Below are positions 30,705-42,000 of a stretch of 64,000 nucleotides of DNA, one piece after another (position 1 is the first letter of the stretch; the number at the start of each line of letters is the position of its first letter). The notes beneath the pieces were generated by a model. That model was not told the origin of the DNA and did no database searches. It saw only the letters and a program-made list of their open reading frames with translations. The position numbers were made by a program, and so were the translations under genes. Origin of the DNA: Eledone cirrhosa (taxonomy: Eukaryota); contig OZ024742.1 of assembly GCA_964016885.1 (NCBI GenBank), positions 5,952,001 through 6,016,000 on the forward strand. The letters run 5' to 3'.

Positions 30705-30838
30705 ATCGAACCATCAAGGAGACACATCAATGATATTCAAGATTGGCGGAAATTCTTACTTAATTTCTTTCTTAATTGGAAGTTTGGCGACTGACAACAT
30801 CTGTGGCCTGATGCAAACAAAACTAATATCGCAGTATG
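30705..30838 (+). CDS. Candidate exon of an unknown gene (134 bp)
   Basis: Branch-point-like ACTGAC (30681-30686), acceptor TTTCAATTATCAG| at 30704 and donor TATG|GTGTGT after 30838. Open frame SNHQGDTSMIFKIGGNSYLISFLIGSLATDNICGLMQTKLISQY. No homology confirmed. Confidence 0.3.
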
Positions 30839-30973
30839 GTGTGTGTTAGAAATGATCAATATATAGATATCTGTAGTGTGACAATATCACTTCGTGTCTT
30901 TGATGATAAACTATAGCTTAAATTATCAAGTGTTAGATATTCTCACCCACAGTCTTGGCACTAGAAATAATTC

Positions 30974-31141
30974 TTTCTAACGTTGGCACCAAGCCCGAAA
31001 TTTGGGTGAAGAGGAAAGTGATAGAGGGAGAGGGATAGATATAGAACAATTGACCCTAGTAAATAACTGGTACTTTATTTAATCGACCCTGAAAGGATAA
31101 AAAAGCAAAATTGTTCTCTGCAGTATTGTACTCAGAACGTA
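30974..31141 (-). mobile_element. SINE copy (5'-truncated or diverged)
   Basis: ACTGGTACTTTATTTAATCGACCCTGAAAGGAT...ACTCAG (31066-31135) and TTTCTAACGTTGGCACCAAGCCC (from 30974) are reverse-complement matches to the core and tail of the plus-strand copy at 31445-31555. Confidence 0.75.
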
Positions 31142-31379
31142 GGAATTCATAACTAAATATTTGACATTAAAAAAATAATGTCTTGGTTCTTATTTGGTCA
31201 AATCTATCACCTTAAAAAATTAAAAGAGTCTCTCTCCTCTTCCTCTCCTCCGTGGCCTAATAGTCCTTGCCCTCAAAGTCCTTCTCATGTATAGCATTTA
31301 TAGTGCATTCCTTTACTTTTCTATACAGCCAGATCTGCCCTTCGTTACATTCTCACTCCTGTTTTCATTATTTCTATGT

Positions 31380-31557
31380 GGATTGGTAGTATCGGTAGAG
31401 GGTTTGACGCCATGCTTTCTAACATAGTTACGTCCCTTTACAGTCTGAGTTCAAATCCCGCCGAGGTTAACTTTGCCTTTCATTCTTACGGGGTCGATAA
31501 AATAAAGTACCAGTAATGTACTAGCTTATTCCTGGCCTTGTGCCAAAAGTAGAAACA
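31380..31557 (+). mobile_element. tRNA-derived SINE copy
   Basis: A-box-like TGGTAGTATCGG (31384) and B-box GTTCAAATCC (31449-31458), then CTTTGCCTTTCATTCTTACGGGGTCGATAAAATAAAGTACCAGT and tail GGCCTTGTGCCAAAAGTAGAAA. Resembles octopus SINEs as recalled; not searched. Confidence 0.75.
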
Positions 31558-31726
31558 ATTATTTCTATAATTAATTATGAAACTTAATAAAAATTTAAAT
31601 ATGATTCTTTTAATAGTTTCTAATGGAGTGAGAGGTTGAGTGTAAGTTGTCTCGCGAGATGTCGTCAACGTTAGTTTGATTTGTTGTTAGTCAAGAATGA
31701 CAGGAATAATGCACCCCACAACAGGT

Positions 31727-34105
31727 CACTATACTACACCACACCACATAACACTACGCCCCACCACACGACACTACACTACACGGCACTATACCACACC
31801 ACACCACACTACACTACATTCCTCTTCACCACACGATACTACATGACACCACACTACACCACACCTCACTACACCACACCACACTACACCACACCACACT
31901 ATACCACACTACACTACACCACACTACACTACACCACACTACACTACACCACACTACACCACACCACACCACACTACACTACACTATACTACACCGCACC
32001 ATACTACACCACACTACACCATACCACACCACACTACACCACACCACACTACACCACACCTCACTACACCACACCACACTACACCACACCACACTATACC
32101 ACACTACACTACACCACACCACACCACACCACACTACACTACACCACACTACACCACACCACACTACACTACACCACACCACACCAGAGCACACCACACC
32201 ACACTACACTACACCACACTACACTACACCACACTACACCACACCACACCACACTACACCACACTACACTCCACCACACTCCACCACACCACACCACACC
32301 ACATCACACTACACTACACTACATGACACTACCCTCCACCACACCACACTACACCACACCATACCACACCACACCGCACTATACTACACTACACCAAACC
32401 ACACCACACCACACTACATCACACCACACCACACCAGAGTACACTACTCCACACTACACTACATCACACCACACCACACTACACCACACTACACTACACT
32501 ATACTACACCACACCATACTACACCACACTACACCACACCACACTACACCACACCACACTACACTACACCACTCTACACCACACCACAATACACCACACT
32601 ACACCACACTATACTACTCCACACCACACCACACTACACTACACCACACTACACCACACCACACCACACTACACCACACCACACTACACTACACCACTCT
32701 ACACCACACCACACTACACCACACTACACCACATTATACTACTCCACACTACACCACACTACACTACACCACACTACACCACACTACACTACACTACACT
32801 ACACCACGCCACACTACACCACACTACCCCACATTACACCACACTACACCACAACACACTACACCACACCACACTACACTACACTACACTACACTACACT
32901 ACACTACACTACACTACACTACACTATACTACACCACACCATACTACACCACATTACACCACACCACACCATACTACACCACACTACACCACACCACACC
33001 ATACTACACCACCCCACACTACACCACACCACACCACACCACACCACACCACACCACACCACACCACACCACAGTACACTACGCCACACTACACTACACC
33101 ACAACACACTACACCACACCACACTACACCACACTATACTACACCGCACCATACTACACCACACTACACCATACCACACCACACTACACCACACCACACT
33201 ACACCACACCACACTACACCACACCACACTACACCACACCACACTACACCACACCACACTACACCACACCACGCTACACCACACCACACTACAACACACC
33301 ACACCACACCACACCACACTACACCACACCACACTACACCACACCACACTACACCATACCACACTACACCACACCACACTACACCACACTACACCACATT
33401 ACAACACACCACACCACACCACACTACATCACACCACACCACACCACAGTACACTACGCCACATTACACTACACCACACCACACTACACTACACCACACC
33501 ACACCATACCACACTACACTACACCACACTACACCACACCACACCACACCACTCTACACCACACCACACTACACCACACTATACCACACTACACCACTCC
33601 ACACCACACTACACTACACCACACCACACTACACCACACCACACCACATTACACTACACCACTCTACACCACACCACAATACACCACACTACACCACACT
33701 ATACTACTCCACACCACACCACACCACACTACACTACACTACACCACACTACACCACACTACACCACATTACACTACACCACTCTACACCACACCACACT
33801 ATACTACACCACACTACACCACACCACACCACACTACACTACACCACTATACACCACACCACAATACACCGCACTACACCACACTACACTACACCACACC
33901 ACACTACACTACACTACACCACACTACACCACACTACACCACATTACACTACACCACTCCACACCACAATACACCGCACTACACCACACTACACTACACC
34001 ACACCACACTACACTACACTACACCACACTACAGCACATCACACCACACCACACCACACTACACTACACCACTCTACACCACACTACACCACACTACACT
34101 ACACT
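31727..34105. repeat. Pentanucleotide array (ACACC/ACACT)n, ~2.4 kb
   Basis: Continuous CACAC/CTACA units; source of the spurious 808-aa His/Thr-rich ORF. Confidence 0.96.
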
Positions 34106-34169
34106 AGCACTGTTAACACACTACTCCTCACAGTTACGCGACAAACATTTTAACCTTCGTCCTCTCCTG

Positions 34170-34545
34170 TCACCCTACCACACACCCTCGCACCCACTCC
34201 TCCACTATCACACACCCTCCCCTACCACACACCCTCCCCTACCACACACCCTCCCCTACCACACACCCTACCACACACCCTCGCACCCACTCCTCCACTA
34301 TCACACACCCTCCCCTACCACACACCCTCCCACCCTACCACACCCCCTCGCACCCTACTCCTCCACTATCACACACACTCCCCTACTACACACCCTCCCA
34401 CTCTACCACACACCCTCGCACCCTACTCCTCCACTATCACACAACCTCCCCTACCACACACCCTCCCACTCTACCACACACCCTCGCACCCCACTCCTCT
34501 CCTACCACATATCCCCCTACCATACCCTCCCACCCTACTCCTCCA
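34170..34545. repeat. C-rich compound minisatellite
   Basis: Recurrent CCCTACCACACACCCTC (17 bp) and CCCTCGCACCC(T)ACTCCTCCACTATCACACA modules. Confidence 0.85.
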
Positions 34546-34673
34546 CTGCGACAAAGTCCCCTCTCGTCCGCCACACCACACCGCCATTACTACCATGTCC
34601 TACACTCCTCATTGACCACCTCACAGTTGCCAGTTGCAGTGACCACTGCATCTCTGGCACTCTCTCAACTTAC

Positions 34674-34732
34674 AATCAGCCGCTCTTAACTTTGCAATCA
34701 ACAGCTGGAAACTCTCCGATTGTGTCCAGCCT
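34674..34732 (-). CDS. Candidate internal exon of an unknown gene (59 bp)
   Basis: Minus-strand acceptor GTGTGTAG| and consensus donor |GTAAGT (plus-strand ACTTAC 34668-34673). Only one frame is open: GWTQSESFQLLIAKLRAAD. Confidence 0.3.
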
Positions 34733-34734
34733 CT

Positions 34735-35985
34735 ACACACATGCACTCATACATACATACACACATACATACATACACACACACATACATACACACACAT
34801 ACATACATACATACACATGCACTCATACATACATACACACATACATACATACATACATACATACACACATACATACATACACACACACACACATACATAC
34901 ACACGTATATATACACAATTAAACACATACGAAGACACACACATGCACACATACATACATACATACTCACATAGATACATACACACACACACATACACAC
35001 ACATACATACATACATACACATGCACTCATACATACATACACACATACATACATACACACACACATACATACATTCACACACATACATACACACACATAC
35101 ATACATACACACACATACATACACACATACATACATACACACACACATACATACATACACACGTATATATACACAATTAAACACATACGAAGACACACAC
35201 ATGCACACATACATACATACATACTCACATACATACATACACACACATACATACACACATACATACATACATACACACACACATACACACATACATACAT
35301 ACACACGTATATATACACAATTAAATACATACGAAGACACACACATACACACATACAAACACAATGAAACACTTATACATAAGCACACACATACATATAC
35401 ACTTCCAATTAAAGAAGCACACATATATATATACGTCCAATAAAACACACATACACAAATACACTTCCAATTATATACACACATACACACAAACACACAC
35501 TTCCAATTAAACATATATACATAAACGCACACACACACCTAATTAAACATAGATACACATACCCAATTACACACACGCACATACACATGCGCTTACACAC
35601 ATCCACTTAAACACATGCATATCCAATTACACACGCACACATACACACATACACATGTGATCACATGCTTAAACACCAGCGTGCACATACATCGATTTTC
35701 ATAAACACGCATACATATGACACACACACATCTAATTACACACATAGGCACACTGAATACACATACGCACATACACTTTTTCTTACATCCGCACACATAA
35801 GCATATAGATATATATAGCGACACACACACACTTTAGTATATATTCAGATATAGACACAATCTCACATACACATACACACATCTACTAACATATGCAGAC
35901 ATATACCCGTATACACACACATATATTAATATATACACACACATATATTGATATATACATACATGTATTGACACACAATCACACT
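34735..35985. repeat. (CATA)n/(CA)n compound microsatellite with internal block duplications
   Basis: ACATACATACAC runs. The marker ACGTATATATACACAATTAAA(C/T)ACATACGAAGACACAC occurs at ~34903, ~35161 and ~35305. Confidence 0.92.
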
Positions 35986-35986
35986 A

Positions 35987-36025
35987 TCTCTCTCTCTATC
36001 TCCTCCCTCTCTGTCTCTCTCTCCT
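35987..36025. repeat. (CT)n tract
   Basis: TCTCTCTCTCTATCTCCTCCCTCTCTGTCTCTCTCTCC. Confidence 0.8.
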
Positions 36026-36080
36026 CACACATGCTGTAACTATCAAACTTTAATCGAGATATTACTATGATTCTGGTGCA

Positions 36081-39000
36081 ATTATTGCTGTTATTGCAAT
36101 TATTGCTGTTATTGCTGTTATTGCTGTTATTGCTGTCATTGCTGTTATTGCTGTTATTGCTGTTATTGCTGTTATTGCTGTCATTGCTGTCATTGCTGTC
36201 ATTGCTGTTATTGCTGTTATTGCTGTTATTTCTGTTATTGCTGTTATTGCTGTCAATGCTGCTATTGCTGTTATTTCTGTTATTGCTGTTATTGCTGTCA
36301 ATGCTGTTATTGCTGTTATTTCTGTTATTGCTGTTATTGCTGTCAATGCTGTTATTGATGTTATTGTTGTTATTGCTGTTATTGCTGTTATTGCTGCCAT
36401 TGCTGTTATTGCTGTTATTGATGTTAGTGCTGTTATTGCTGTTATTGTTGTCATTGCTGTTATTGCTGTTATTGCTGTCATTGCTGATATTGCTGTTATT
36501 GCTGCCATTGCTGTTATTGCTGTCATTGCTGTTATTGCTGTCATTGCTGTCATTGCTGTCATTGCTGTTATTGCTGATATTGCTGTTATTGCTGTTATTG
36601 CTGTCATTGCTGTTATTGCTGTTATTGCTGCGATTGCTGATATTGCTGTTATTACTGTCATTGCTGTTATTCCTGTTATTGCTGTCATTGCTGTTATTGC
36701 TGTTATTGCTGTTATTGCTGTCATTGCTGTTAATGCTGTTATTGCTGCGATTGCTGATATTGCTGTTATTACTGTCATTGCTGTTATTCCTGTTATTGCT
36801 GTCATTGCTGTTATTGCAGTTATTGCTGTTATTGCTGCGATTGCTGATATTGCTGTTATTTCTCTCATTGCTGTTATTGCTGCGATTGCTGTTATTCCTG
36901 TTATTGCTGCGATTGCTGATATTGCTGTTATTACTGTTATTGCTGTTATTCCTGTTATTGCTGTCATAGCTGTTATTGCTGTTATTGCTGTTATTGCTGT
37001 CATTGCTGTTAATGCTGTTATTGCTGCGATTGCTGATATTGCTGTTATTACTGTCATTGCTGTTATTCCTGTTATTGCTGTCATTGCTGTTATTGCTGTT
37101 ATTGCTGATATTGCTGTTATTGCTGCGATTGCTGATATTGCTGTTATTGCTGTCATTGCTGTTATTGCTGTTATTGATGTCATTGCTGTTATTGCTGTTA
37201 TGGCTGTTATTGCTGTCATTGCTGTTATTGCTGTCATTGCTGTTATTGCTGTTATTGCTGCGATTGTTGATATTGCTGTTATTGCTGTCTTGCTGTTATT
37301 GCTGTTATTGCTGTCATTGCTGTTATTGTTGTCATTGCTGTCATTGCTGTTATTGCTGTTATTGCTGTCATTGCGGTTATTGCTGTTATTGCTGTCATTG
37401 CTGTTATTGCTGTTATTGCTGTTATTGCTGTCATTGCTGTTATTGCTGTTATTGCTGTTATTGCTGTCATTGCTGTTATTGCTGTGATTGCTGCTATTGC
37501 TGTTATTGCTGTTATTGCTGATATTGCTGTTATTGCTGCGATTGCTGTTATTGCTGATATTGCTGTTATTGCTGCGATTGCTGTTATTGCTGTTATTGCT
37601 GTCATTGCTGTTATTGCAGTCATTGATGTTATTGCTGTTATTGCTGTTATTGCTGTCAATGCTGTCATTGCTGTTACTGCTGTCATTGCTGTTATTGCTG
37701 TTATTGCTGTTATTTCTGTCATTGCTGTTATTGCTGCGATTACTGATATTGCTGTTATTGCTGTCATTGCTGTTATTGCTGTTATTGATGTCATTGCTGT
37801 TATTGCTGTTATGGCTGTTATTGCTGTCATTGCTGTTATTGCTGTCATTGCTGTTATTGCTGTTATTGCTGTTATTGCTGCGATTGTTGATATTGCTGTT
37901 ATTGCTGTCATTGCTGTTATTGCTGTTATTGCTGTCATTGCTGTTATTGTTGTCATTGCTGTCATTGCTGTTATTGCTGTTATTGCTGTCATTGCGGTTA
38001 TTGCTGTTATTGCTGTCATTGCTGTTATTGCTGTTATTGCTGTTATTGCTGTCATTGCTGTTATTGCTGTTATTGCTGTCATTGCTGTTATTGCTGTGAT
38101 TGCTGCTATTGCTGTTATTGCTGTTATTGCTGATATTGCTGTTATTGCTGCGATTGCTGTTATTGCTGTTATTGCTGTCATTGCTGTTATTGCAGTCATT
38201 GATGTTATTGCTGTTATTGCTGTTATTGCTGTCAATGCTGTCATTGCTGTTAGTGCTGTCATTGCTGTTATTGCTGTTATTGCTGTTATTTCTGTCATTG
38301 CTGTTATTGCTGCGATTACTGATATTGCTGTTATTGCTGATATTGCTGTTATTGCTGCGATTGCTGTTATTGCTGTTATTGATGTCATTGCTGTTATTAC
38401 TGTTATTGCTGTTATTGCTGTCATTGCTGTTAGTGCTGTTATTGCTGTTATTGCTGTCATTGCTGTTATTGCTGTCAATGCTGCTATTGCTGTTATTTCT
38501 GTTATTGCTGTTATTGGTGTCAATGCTGTTATTGCTGTTATTTCTGTTATTGCTGTTATTGCTGTCAATGCTGTTATTGATGTTATTGTTGTTATTGCTG
38601 TTATTGCTGCCATTGCTGTTATTGCTGTTATTGATGTTAGTGCTGTTATTGCTGTTATTGTTGTCATTGCTGTTATTGTTGTTATTGCTGTCATTGCTGA
38701 TATTGCTGTTATTGCTGCCATTGCTGTTATTGCTGTCATTGCTGTTATTGCTGTCATTGCTGTCATTGCTGTCATTGCTGTTATTGCTGATATTGCTGTT
38801 ATTGCTGTTATTGCTGTCATTGCTGTTATTGCTGTTATTGCTGCGATTGCTGATATTGCTGTTATTACTGTCATTGCTGTTATTCCTGTTATTGCTGTCA
38901 TTGCTGTTATTGCTGTTATTGCTGTTATTGCTGTTATTGCTGTCATTGCTGTTAATGCTGTTATTGCTGCGATTGCTGATATTGCTGTTATTACTGTCAT

Positions 39001-42000
39001 TGCTGTTATTCCTGTTATTGCTGTCATTGCTGTTATTGCAGTTATTGCTGTTATTGCTGCGATTGCTGATATTGCTGTTATTTCTCTCATTGCTGTTATT
39101 GCTGCGATTGCTGTTATTCCTGTTATTGCTGCGATTGCTGATATTGCTGTTATTACTGTCATTGCTGTTATTCCTGTTATTGCTGTCATTGCTGTTATTG
39201 CTGTTATTGCTGTTATTGCTGTTATTGCTGTTAATGCTGTTATTGCTGCGATTGCTGATATTGCTGTTATTACTGTCATTGCTGTTATTCCTGTTATTGC
39301 TGTCATTGCTGTTATTGCTGTTATTGCTGATATTGCTGTTATTGCTGCGATTGCTGATATTGCTGTTATTGCTGTCATTGCTGTTATTGCTGTTATTGAT
39401 GTCATTGCTGTTATTGCTGTTATGGCTGTTATTGCTGTCATTGCTGTTATTGCTGTCATTGCTGTTATTGCTGTTATTGCTGCGATTGTTGATATTGCTG
39501 TTATTGCTGTCTTGCTGTTATTGCTGTTATTGCTGTCATTGCTGTTATTGTTGTCATTACTGTCATTGCTGTTATTGCTGTTATTGCTGTCATTGCGGTT
39601 ATTGCTGTTATTGCTGTCATTGCTGTTATTGCTGTTATTGCTGTTATTGCTGTCATTGCTGTTATTGCTGTTATTGCTGTTATTGCTGTCATTGCTGTTA
39701 TTGCTGTGATTGCTGCTATTGCTGTTATTGCTGTTATTGCTGATATTGCTGTTATTGCTGCGATTGCTGTTATTGCTGTTATTGCTGTCATTGCTGTTAT
39801 TGCAGTCATTGATGTTATTGCTGTTATTGCTGTCAATGCTGTCATTGCTGTTAGTGCTGTCATTGCTGTTATTGCTGTTATTGCTGTTATTTCTGTCATT
39901 GCTGTTATTGCTGCGATTACTGATATTGCTGTTATTGCTGATATTGCTGTTATTGCTGCGATTGCTGTTATTGCTGTTATTGATGTCATTGCTGTTATTG
40001 CTGTTATTGCTGTTATTGCTGTCATTGCTGTTATTGCTGTTATTGCTGTCATTGCTGTTATTGCTGTCATTGCTGTCATTGCTGTTATTGCTGTTATTGC
40101 TGTCATTGCTGTTATTGCTGTCATTGCTGTTAATGATGTTATTGCTGGCATTGCTGTTATTGCTGCGATTGCTGATATTGCTGTTATTGCTGCGATTGCT
40201 GATATTGCTGTTATGGCTGTCATTGTTGTTATTGCTGTTATTGCTGTCATTGCTGTTGTTGCTGTTACAGCTGTCATTGCTGTTATTGCTGTCATTGCTG
40301 TTATTGCTGCTATTTCTGTCATTGCTGATATTGCTATTATTGCTGTTATTGCTGCGATTGCAGATATTGCTGTTATTGCTGCGATTGCTGATATTTCTGT
40401 TATTGCTGTCATTAATGTTATTGCTGTCATTGCTGTTATTGCTGTCATTGCTGTCATTGCTGTTATTGCTGTTATTTCTGTCATTGCTGATATTGCTATT
40501 ATTGCTGTCATTGCTGTTATTACTGTTATTGCTGTCATTGCTGTCATTGCTGTCATTGCTGTCAGTGCTGTCATTGCTGTTATTGCTGTTATTGCTGTTA
40601 TTGCTGTTATTGCTCTCATTGCTGTTATTGCTGCTATTGCTGATATTGCTGTTATTGCTGTCATTGCTGTTATTGCTGCGATTGCTGATATTGCTGTTAT
40701 TGTTGTCAATGCTGTTATTGCTGTTATCGCTGTTATTGCTGTTATTGCTGTTATTGCTGTCATTGCAGTCATTGCTGTCATTGCAGTCATTCCTGTTATT
40801 GCTGCCATTGCTGTTATTGCTGTTATTGCTGCTATTGTTGCAATTGCTGATATTGCTGTTATTGTTGTTATTGCTGTTATTGCTGCGATGGCTGATATTG
40901 CTGTTATTTCTGTCATTGCTATCATTTCTGTCATTGCTGTTATTGCTGTCATTGCTGTTATTGTTGTCATTGCTGTTATTGTTGTCATTGCTGTCATTGC
41001 TGTCATTGCTGTCATTGCTGTCATTGCTGTTATTGTGGTCATTGCTGTTAATGATGTTATTGATGTCATTGCTGTTATTGCTGTTATTGCTGTTATTGCT
41101 GTTATTGCTGTCATTGCTGTTATTACTGTCATTGCTGTTATTGCTGCTATTGCTGTGATTGTTGATATTGCTGTTATTGCTGTCATTACTGTTATTGCTG
41201 TTATTGCTGTTATTGCTGTCAGAGCTGTTATTGCTGTTATTGCTGTTATTGCTGTTATTGCTGTCATTGCTGGTATTGCTGTTATTGCTGTTATTGCTGT
41301 TATTGCTGCGATTGCTGCTTTGCTTTTATTGCTGTTATTGCTGTTATTGCTGTTATTGCTGTCATTGCTGTTATTGCTGTCATTGCTGTTATTGCTGTTA
41401 TTGCTGTTATTGCTGTCAGAGCTGTTATTGCTGTTATTACTGTTATTGGTGTCATTGCGTGTATTGCTGTTATTGCTGTTATTGCTGTTATTGCTGCGAT
41501 TGCTGTTATTGCTGTTATTGCTGTCATTGCTGTTATTGCTGTTATTGCTCTTATTGCTGTCATTGCTGTTATTGCTGTCATTGCTGTTATTGCTGTTATT
41601 GCTCTCATTGCTGTCATTGCTGTTATTGATGTTATTGCTGCGATTGCTGATATTGCTGTTATTGCTGTCATTGCTGTCATTGCTGTTATTGCTGTTATTG
41701 CTGTCATTGCTGTTATTGCTGTTATTTCTGTCATTGCTTATATTGCTATTATTGCTGTCATTGCTGTTATTACTGTTATTGCTGTAATTGCTGTCATTGC
41801 TGTCATTGCTGTTATTGCTGTTATTGCTGTTATTGCTCTCATTGCTGTTATTGCTGCGATTGCTAATATTGCTGTTATTGCTGTCATTGCTGTTATTGCT
41901 GTTATTGCTGTTATTGCTGTTATTGCTGTCATTGCTGGTATTGCTGTTATTGCTGCCATTGCAGTTATTGCTGTTATTGATGTTATTGCTGTTATTGCTG

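Noticed and set aside
31384-31460. tRNA gene
   Set aside because: The A/B-box-like motifs continue into a SINE core and tail, and no cloverleaf is evident.
31617-31641. 25-bp plus-strand micro-exon (TTTTAATAG| ... |GTAAGT)
   Set aside because: It has stop codons in all three frames; it could only be non-coding or terminal, and nothing else supports it.
31681-34107. 808-aa His/Thr-rich protein (HTTPHYTTL repeats)
   Set aside because: A pentamer repeat gives the same peptide in every frame, ACACC/ACACT contains no stops, and the ORF starts at TTG.
29790-36060. Telomeric repeat
   Set aside because: No (TTAGGG)n or (TTAGG)n tract was seen; the G/T- and C/A-rich tracts are irregular microsatellites.
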